From a bacterium (GTDB taxonomy: Bacteria > Patescibacteriota > Minisyncoccia > Phycocordibacterales > UBA918): 38,465 bases of DNA. The notes beneath the pieces are model-generated. The model did no database searches. It had not been told where the DNA came from and worked only from the letters and a program-made list of their open reading frames with translations. Positions within the stretch are counted from its first letter, which is position 1, and every line of letters starts with the position of its first letter. Positions 32,518 through 38,465 of this stretch are shown here, in pieces. The stretch spans positions 1 to 38,465 of the forward strand of contig JAYTMA010000027.1 of the NCBI GenBank assembly GCA_043728975.1. The letters are read 5' to 3'. Position numbers and translations under genes: made by a program.

Positions 32518-33459
32518 TTAGGGCATTCGAACACAAGCCAAGTAGCCTTTAGCTAAACTGCCGACAGACTGAATTTTTACCGGAATGGTACTAATAGAGA
32601 AAGCTTGTTGAAATTTTAAACAGGTATCATTGATTGAAGCTTTGTTAGCTGCATCAATCCAGTCCATGTAAACTGGAGGATTTTCCGAGCTCCCATCCTT
32701 AAATTCCACCGCCAATACGACGTCAGAGCTAACTCTACCCTTGGAGTTTTCGGCGTTGGCGATGTTGGTTAGTCTGCCGAGGTCTGTAATCATGCGTGGT
32801 CGATGGGCGGTCATGTAACGTTCGGTTATGACCGACATGTTAAAAGCGGTAGAAGTAAATATATTGAATAGATCAGACTCAACACTGGTCGGTAAATTTT
32901 CGTAGCACACTTCGTTCCGGCCAGCACTCGCTACTGTGTAAATTTGTCCCGGGGTGGCTTCGCAGGTTTGTTGAAAGCCTGGATCGGGGTGCGTCTCTCG
33001 GTAGTAATAACCACCAAATCGCCCAGGTGTATTTATAGGGATGATACTTGCGGTGGAGGTAGGGACATTTGATTGGGGATTATAGTTTGGATCAATAAAA
33101 ATTTCCGTTTTGGTCAGTTGCGGATTGATAATAGTCAGTACCAAAACAGCCGAGATAACCACCCCCAAACCAAGTAAAGAGCCTTTAATGTCACCAATGG
33201 CTTCCTGCTTACTCGTGACCACATCCGAAAGCATGTACTTAACACCGGCAATGATGATCTTGATGACGGCCATCAAAGCGGCCACAGCAATTGATAGCCC
33301 ATAAAGAGCATTAATATAGTCACCAAAATTGGTGGAACCATTAAGACCGGGAACACCAACCAATGGTTTGTACACTAAAGGTGCAGCTTGGGCCAAGGCC
33401 AGAATTGGCAGTAAACCAAAGACAAAAACGACGGCTAGAAGAAAAGTTTTAGAGTTCAT
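32518..33459 (-). CDS. VirB2/TrbC-like pilin module fused to a ~190-aa Cys-containing C-terminal domain
   Basis: Signal peptide MNSKTFLLAVVFVFGLLPILALAQA, then two hydrophobic helices (LYGLSIAVAALMAVIKIIIAGVKYM; LLGLGVVISAVLVLTIINP) joined by a charged loop, which is the T4SS pilin architecture. A hydrophilic domain with five Cys follows. The start at 33459 overlaps the upstream gene by 11 nt. Confidence 0.45.
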   Translation of the reverse strand: MNSKTFLLAVVFVFGLLPILALAQAAPLVYKPLVGVPGLNGSTNFGDYINALYGLSIAVAALMAVIKIIIAGVKYMLSDVVTSKQEAIGDIKGSLLGLGVVISAVLVLTIINPQLTKTEIFIDPNYNPQSNVPTSTASIIPINTPGRFGGYYYRETHPDPGFQQTCEATPGQIYTVASAGRNEVCYENLPTSVESDLFNIFTSTAFNMSVITERYMTAHRPRMITDLGRLTNIANAENSKGRVSSDVVLAVEFKDGSSENPPVYMDWIDAANKASINDTCLKFQQAFSISTIPVKIQSVGSLAKGYLACVRMP

Positions 33460-34630
33460 ACATCCAAAGCGTGTTATCGTTTTTGTTAATGAAGTAAAGA
33501 GCCCGTTCACTTTCACCGACTGCCATATTTATAATATCAAGCTCCCGTCCCCCGCTCTCTTCTAGGGTGTCAACCACCGGACTAGCTTGTCCAGTCAGTA
33601 AATCAACCTTCCAAATGGTATCTTTAAAGGAAATTAAACCGCGATACCAGTTGTCGGGAAATTCAGCCGGCATAGTGTTACCTTCTACCGCACACCAAAT
33701 AGTATTTGTATCTTTCTGGCTGGCGGTACACTTATCAGGCACAATTATAATCGGACTTTCGATGTGACTGTCACTTAATTTATTATAAAGTGAACTACGG
33801 GCCATGAGATTCTCAATTTTGGTGTAGGCAATATGAGTGGGGCTATTGAAGGCAATTAGACCAAAGCCAGAAACTGGGACGCGAGACATGACACTCTTAG
33901 TAAATTTATAGGCATAACCTTCAAAGAGATAGGTTGGTTTAGTAAAGACATAGTGGCTATCACTACTACTAGTCCCCCACTCCATCCTCGCTTCAAAGAA
34001 TGGTACGGTGAAGAGGGGCTTTTCTTGTTTGGTGATTAGATTATAGACGGTATTAAGCAGACCAGTTGAGGTAGCGGTAACAAAAACTAATTCATTTGCA
34101 TTAAGCACTTTAAAATCACTGACGGGTTTTTCTAGGGAAGAAAATTCATAGCCAATTTCCTCATTTAGGGTGCCGATAGACAGTTCGCCAACCCGGCGAT
34201 CATTCTCTAGTCTAACCGCCACCGTTTTTCCGTTAGTCGAGAAAGAAGCCGCGCTAGCTTCTTTCAGGGTAGTATTAGATAGGCGCCTTTCTTCCTCGGT
34301 AGTGAAGGGGTTTAGGGTGTAGATGTTACCGTTACCGGCTTCAGCATAATAAACTAAAAGGGGTGAAGTCGTATCGGCCGGGGTTTCCGTAAAACCAATT
34401 ACTGGTTTGGTGGTTAGTTGACGCAATCGTGGCCTTTCAATGTTTACTACCGGGGGCACTACTGGTTCGGGTGGAATTATTCCACTATTATCCACCTTGC
34501 CAGCGGGTCCAAACGGATTCCAAATCTCACTAGGGTTTTTGGGGGTACCAAAGAAAATTAGGTAAAGCCAAACTGCCAAGAGTAGGATAATGATGAGAGT
34601 AGCAATTATAATGTAGGTTCTTTGTGACAT
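33449..34630 (-). CDS. Membrane-anchored hypothetical protein (N-terminal TM, beta-rich ectodomain)
   Basis: TM anchor YIIIATLIIILLLAVWLYLIFF, a Pro-rich linker, then a ~330-aa beta-strand-rich region (NGNIYTLNP...TLWMYEL, reminiscent of propeller blades). Only the coding call is supported, not a function. Confidence 0.5.
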   Translation of the reverse strand: MSQRTYIIIATLIIILLLAVWLYLIFFGTPKNPSEIWNPFGPAGKVDNSGIIPPEPVVPPVVNIERPRLRQLTTKPVIGFTETPADTTSPLLVYYAEAGNGNIYTLNPFTTEEERRLSNTTLKEASAASFSTNGKTVAVRLENDRRVGELSIGTLNEEIGYEFSSLEKPVSDFKVLNANELVFVTATSTGLLNTVYNLITKQEKPLFTVPFFEARMEWGTSSSDSHYVFTKPTYLFEGYAYKFTKSVMSRVPVSGFGLIAFNSPTHIAYTKIENLMARSSLYNKLSDSHIESPIIIVPDKCTASQKDTNTIWCAVEGNTMPAEFPDNWYRGLISFKDTIWKVDLLTGQASPVVDTLEESGGRELDIINMAVGESERALYFINKNDNTLWMYEL

Positions 34631-34634
34631 AAAA

Positions 34635-35603
34635 TTAATAGCTTACTCTAAAACCCCCTTGTGCTCCTTGTAATAGTTGGACAGTATTGCGAACATGAAA
34701 ATCAACGCTGGTTTTGCCACTAAGGCCTCCCTCGGTGGCTAGAGTTACTTCGTAGGGATTACTAGCGCTATTGGGGTTAGTTACGCCATTGATAGACCAT
34801 TCCAAGAAGTCTGGGTTATTGTATGTTTTTACATCTAAGTTATATGGTTCTGCTCGCATGGTAATACTATTTCCAATGAGGGACACTTCAGCCCTCGCTG
34901 CTTTTTGTTTTAAGCCATAAAAGCCACTAGATTCGTAAAATAATAAATCAGGATTAACTTTAAATAAATCAAAAATGCGGCGTGCGATTGGTTCCCCGGT
35001 AGCGTTTCTGACGTCTAGATTGATGGTAGCATACTGCCCTTGAGGCATAGAAAAAGTAACGACGTTACGCCCTCGGATGGAACCACCCTCCAAAACTTTT
35101 CCATTTAATCTCCAAGTGTAAAGGAGACTAGCCGGGGGAATGGCGTTGCCGTTTACTAGCGCGGTCAGGTTAACCGCGCTATCAATTGAAGGCAAAGGGC
35201 GACCTTTATAGAAAGCCGGTACTCTGGTTTGGGGTTCAATAATTACATCCAAGAAAAGTGGGGCGACGACTTTTTCCTTAGTTAAATTCCCGCCACCAGG
35301 ATAGTCAATTACTAGTTTTATTTTAGTAGTCTGACCGACCTTACCGGCTGTTAACTTTATTGAGCGTTGATTGACGGCCGTACTTAAGAGTTCGCCATCA
35401 ATAAACCAGCGCATACCAGACCCTTGGATTGGTAAGCCATAATCGTTGGCGGTAGCGGTAAATTCTGTCAGAGGCTCGGGGAAAGCCGGTTCTAAATCAA
35501 TGGCTAGTTGAGTTTCTCCGTAGTCTAAAGTAACTGGAGACTGTGCGTGTAAACTTAGAAAAGGAATTAGAACTAGAACTAGTAGTAGAGACTTGTATTT
35601 CAT
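34635..35603 (-). CDS. Secreted hypothetical protein with three internal beta-sandwich-like repeats
   Basis: Signal peptide MKYKSLLLVLVLIPFLSLHAQ. The threefold motif W-x-(I/L)-(D/N)-G appears as MRWFIDGELL, YTWRLNGKVL and LEWSINGVTN, spaced ~95-100 aa apart. Confidence 0.5.
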   Translation of the reverse strand: MKYKSLLLVLVLIPFLSLHAQSPVTLDYGETQLAIDLEPAFPEPLTEFTATANDYGLPIQGSGMRWFIDGELLSTAVNQRSIKLTAGKVGQTTKIKLVIDYPGGGNLTKEKVVAPLFLDVIIEPQTRVPAFYKGRPLPSIDSAVNLTALVNGNAIPPASLLYTWRLNGKVLEGGSIRGRNVVTFSMPQGQYATINLDVRNATGEPIARRIFDLFKVNPDLLFYESSGFYGLKQKAARAEVSLIGNSITMRAEPYNLDVKTYNNPDFLEWSINGVTNPNSASNPYEVTLATEGGLSGKTSVDFHVRNTVQLLQGAQGGFRVSY

Positions 35604-35661
35604 ATAGACTATGTAATACATTGTACCAAAAATTTTCCCCAGATATGCGACTATTCACCGC

Positions 35662-36564
35662 TTATTTTGGATGATACCAAACGGCCGCCATCCACAAAAA
35701 TATAAAAGGAAAGATATTTAACATGGGTGTGCAGTAGCCAATAATAGTGAGCAGTAAGGCGCCGGTCTTTAGTCCACTGCCCCGACCAGTCGTAGGTCTA
35801 AGACCAGAAGCCATGTACTGAAAATAAACCGCTAAGATTGAGATAAGTCCCAGAGCCATAACCACCATATACAAACCAGCCCCGATGGAAAAGGCAATCT
35901 CAGCAAAGTCTAGACCAATAAATTTTGCGATGGAATCAATGGCTGTAGCGACAATACCAGCGGCTTTAGCGGCCATCCAACCAAGGACGCTAGAGTACTC
36001 ACTCATTTTATCAGTATTTAACAAAGAATCTAAGCCAGATACAATACCAAAACTTAAAATTGATAAAACGGCCAATGGTAGTTGTACAAAAGCCCAAGTG
36101 TAGCCAATCCAGGTAGCGTTACTGACCGTGATTCGAGTAGCGGTGGCCTTGGCTTTGATATCACCACCAAGTAAGTTGATTTTAGGTAATTGCTTTCTTG
36201 GCCTATTATTCGGGCCAACCTGTCTTCTGGCGCTAGTTTGAGCGTTTCTGATCGCTTGATTGGCTTCTGCTTGGGCCTCCGCTTGTGCTTCCTCTGCGTA
36301 ATTAGCCTCAGCTTTAGCTTTGTCGGTTTTGGCTGAATTGTCACCTAACCCCAGTGGGCCAAGCAGGTTTTCGCGAAAGGCTTGGTAGGCGTAGTCTTGA
36401 TCAATCGTTGGTCTAGAAAACCGACCAGTGCTAGTGTCTTGTCTATTAACCGGTCCCCTTTCCTGTCCTCCCCTCCAGTCGGGATTATCTGGTCGATTAA
36501 GACTTCTCTCTTGGCCGGGCCTGGGCTTAGTCTCCACTTTACGGTTGTCATCAAGTAGCGCCAT
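35662..36564 (-). CDS. Polytopic membrane protein, possible VirB6/TrbL-like T4SS component
   Basis: A ~140-aa disordered, basic/Q-rich N-terminus is followed by 4-5 TM helices. It lies immediately downstream of the VirB4-like ATPase. The assignment is by context and topology only. Confidence 0.35.
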   Translation of the reverse strand: MALLDDNRKVETKPRPGQERSLNRPDNPDWRGGQERGPVNRQDTSTGRFSRPTIDQDYAYQAFRENLLGPLGLGDNSAKTDKAKAEANYAEEAQAEAQAEANQAIRNAQTSARRQVGPNNRPRKQLPKINLLGGDIKAKATATRITVSNATWIGYTWAFVQLPLAVLSILSFGIVSGLDSLLNTDKMSEYSSVLGWMAAKAAGIVATAIDSIAKFIGLDFAEIAFSIGAGLYMVVMALGLISILAVYFQYMASGLRPTTGRGSGLKTGALLLTIIGYCTPMLNIFPFIFLWMAAVWYHPK

Positions 36565-36579
36565 AATAGTATCAGTATA

Positions 36580-38376
36580 CTACGCGCGTGAGGCTTTTAG
36601 TTCATCGCGCGAGCGTTGGATCTGAAGAAGTTGCGAGGGATCGGAGGTAATTATCTGGTCTTCGGTATAAGAAGCGATGACTTTAATGGCTACGTGTTTT
36701 AGACCGACGAAGAAGATACCCTCCCCTACCCCAGATTCTAGTAAAAGGAATTTCTCTTGATCGGTTAGGTTGAAAGTCTTTTGAATATTATCAATGGCGG
36801 TTGGCGACTGCTTCATCAAAAATTGAATGGAAGAGTTGGTAATCATCGGGACGCCATAGGGTGAGCGCAAGAAATCATCCACGTCCTGAGTAATAGTGGC
36901 AATCCCGAGGTAATATTTACGACCACGCTTAGCCAAACTAAACAAAAATGAAGCCGTGTCTTCTGATTTCATCATCCACCAAGCCTCATCTATCACCAAA
37001 AGTCGCTTGGCCAAACGACGGCGCACTGAACCCCAAATAAAGTTGGTGATAATGTACATCGCTATCGTTTTGAGCTCATCTTCCATATCACGCAAGGAGA
37101 ACACAACGAACTTTTGGTTGATATCGACGTTAGTCGGCTTGTTCATAAACCCAGACCAGGTCCCGGAGGTGTATTTTTGGAGTCGGGTCAAGAGTGAGTT
37201 ACTGCCATCCATACCGGCTAAGACCATTTCAAAGTCAGTCAGTAGTGGCGGTTCTTGCTCGGAAAAGTCAGCATCCCCTGTAATATCTTTAAGGGCGTAG
37301 GTTTCTTGAATGGCAAGATCTAGCACCGTCTCTTCTTCGGGGGTCAAACCACCCATCATGAGACGGAAAAGACCAATGAGCTCAATAATATGGGTGCGTA
37401 AAATATCCCGCGGGCTTTCGTCTGCTCCCGGGGGCGGTAAATCGAAAGGGTTGATATGGTGATCTGATGATAAGGAGATATTGAAGAAGCGTCCGCCCGT
37501 AGCTTCGGCCAAGTACTCGTATTCTTTTTCCGGGTCGAGCACAATCACTTCCGAACCAAACATTAAGGAACGAAGGATCTCTAGCTTTAAGCCATAAGAC
37601 TTACCGGCCCCAGAGGTGGCAAAAGTCACTGAGTTGTAGTTGGTTAAAGAGAAACGATCAAAGAGTATCAGGGAAGAGTTATGACGGTTAACGCCGTAGA
37701 GAATACCAGTATCGGAAGTGAGGTCAAAAGAAGTGAACGGAAAAAAGCTCGATAAAGGAGCAGAATTAAACTTACTATGAACAAGTAGCTCATCGGTAGC
37801 GGTGGGGAGGACACTTTTAATCCCCTGCTCTTGTTGGAAGAGGGCTGGCTTGATATAGACGAGCTTTGAATCAAGCATGCCTTTTAGATCACTCTCGGCT
37901 TTATTTAAAGCGGCCTCGTCTTGGCCGTAGATAGTAATGTAGAGCCCAACATTATAAAGTTTTTCTTCGGCTTGCATTAGCTTATCGCGGAGCTCCTCGA
38001 GGTTGCGGAAGGCTGCCTCTAGTTGAGGGTCGCGTACTTCACCGCGTTCGGCTTTGATATTGATTTGACTCTGCACCTCGGCCACTTTCTTTTGAAACTT
38101 TTTTAGGGTATCGGCAGTGTCTATGGGGTGCACATAGATAGCTACGTCAAGTTCTTTTTCAATACTCAAAATTGGTTCAAGCCAGCCCTCGCTCAGGTAG
38201 CGCGGATAAGCAACGGCATAAAGCACCCGGGCCTGCATACCACTGAGGTTTAGACTACGGGGAGTAAATTGAATCGCTGCGGGAGCGATGACATCAATTA
38301 GAGTCATTAACTCATCACTGATTTTATCACTGTTCCCGGCTCCGGCCTGTGGTTTTAAGAAGTCAAAAAGTCCCAT
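36580..38376 (-). CDS. virB4: VirB4/TrbE/TraC-family type IV secretion ATPase
   Basis: Walker A FATSGAGKSYGLK, Walker B LLVIDEAWWMM, and RGRKYYLGIATITQDVDDF (the RKxxxxxxxxTQ motif typical of VirB4-like ATPases). At 598 aa it is the short Gram-positive/CPR-type form. Confidence 0.85.
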   Translation of the reverse strand: MGLFDFLKPQAGAGNSDKISDELMTLIDVIAPAAIQFTPRSLNLSGMQARVLYAVAYPRYLSEGWLEPILSIEKELDVAIYVHPIDTADTLKKFQKKVAEVQSQINIKAERGEVRDPQLEAAFRNLEELRDKLMQAEEKLYNVGLYITIYGQDEAALNKAESDLKGMLDSKLVYIKPALFQQEQGIKSVLPTATDELLVHSKFNSAPLSSFFPFTSFDLTSDTGILYGVNRHNSSLILFDRFSLTNYNSVTFATSGAGKSYGLKLEILRSLMFGSEVIVLDPEKEYEYLAEATGGRFFNISLSSDHHINPFDLPPPGADESPRDILRTHIIELIGLFRLMMGGLTPEEETVLDLAIQETYALKDITGDADFSEQEPPLLTDFEMVLAGMDGSNSLLTRLQKYTSGTWSGFMNKPTNVDINQKFVVFSLRDMEDELKTIAMYIITNFIWGSVRRRLAKRLLVIDEAWWMMKSEDTASFLFSLAKRGRKYYLGIATITQDVDDFLRSPYGVPMITNSSIQFLMKQSPTAIDNIQKTFNLTDQEKFLLLESGVGEGIFFVGLKHVAIKVIASYTEDQIITSDPSQLLQIQRSRDELKASRA

Positions 38377-38379
38377 AGA

Positions 38380-38465
38380 TTATGTATTTTTAGACGGTGC
38401 AGAACCGGTTCTGTCGGTCGGATTATAAATATGATAAAAAAGTTCTACCAGGTCATCGCTTTTTA
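38380..38465 (-). CDS. 3' end of an upstream ORF running off the window
   Basis: The reverse-strand frame ..KSDDLVELFYHIYNPTDRTGSAPSKNT* is open from the window edge and stops 3 nt before the virB4-like ATG. Too short to identify. Confidence 0.3.
   Translation of the reverse strand, partial: KSDDLVELFYHIYNPTDRTGSAPSKNT

Overview
The window looks like a core chromosomal segment of a small, Shine-Dalgarno-poor bacterial genome. The gene content suggests a Patescibacteria/CPR-like organism, but that is an inference. It spans the replication-origin neighbourhood (DUF721-dnaN-[candidate oriC]-dnaA, then rpmH-rnpA-yidC). Housekeeping genes include recQ (partial), rpsT, ruvA, a MurE-like ligase, an Lnt-like acyltransferase, trmH, tRNA-Lys(UUU), polA, holA-like, tsaE, a PilB/GspE ATPase, ruvB-yebC-ruvC, tyrS and a PBP1A. 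There is also a PepSY/histidine kinase/OmpR-regulator unit, an ABC exporter, an ion channel, and three or four toxin-antitoxin modules. The stretches most worth a second look are these. (1) A 145-nt, hairpin-dense insertion precisely splits a RelE/ParE-type toxin gene, and its roughly 28-nt terminal module recurs in swapped order between polA and tsaE. (2) A self-contained, strongly G+C-rich gene cassette with its own promoter, SD and terminator sits between pilB and ruvB, preceded by a 138-nt RNA-like structure closed by a 21-bp helix. (3) tRNA-Lys is followed by an inverted copy of its own 3' half. (4) A VirB4-centred secretion/pilus-like locus next to yidC includes a VirB2-like pilin fused to a Cys-containing extracellular domain. 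No rRNA, CRISPR array, transposase or integrase gene was seen. All functional calls rest on motif recognition by eye, with no database searches.
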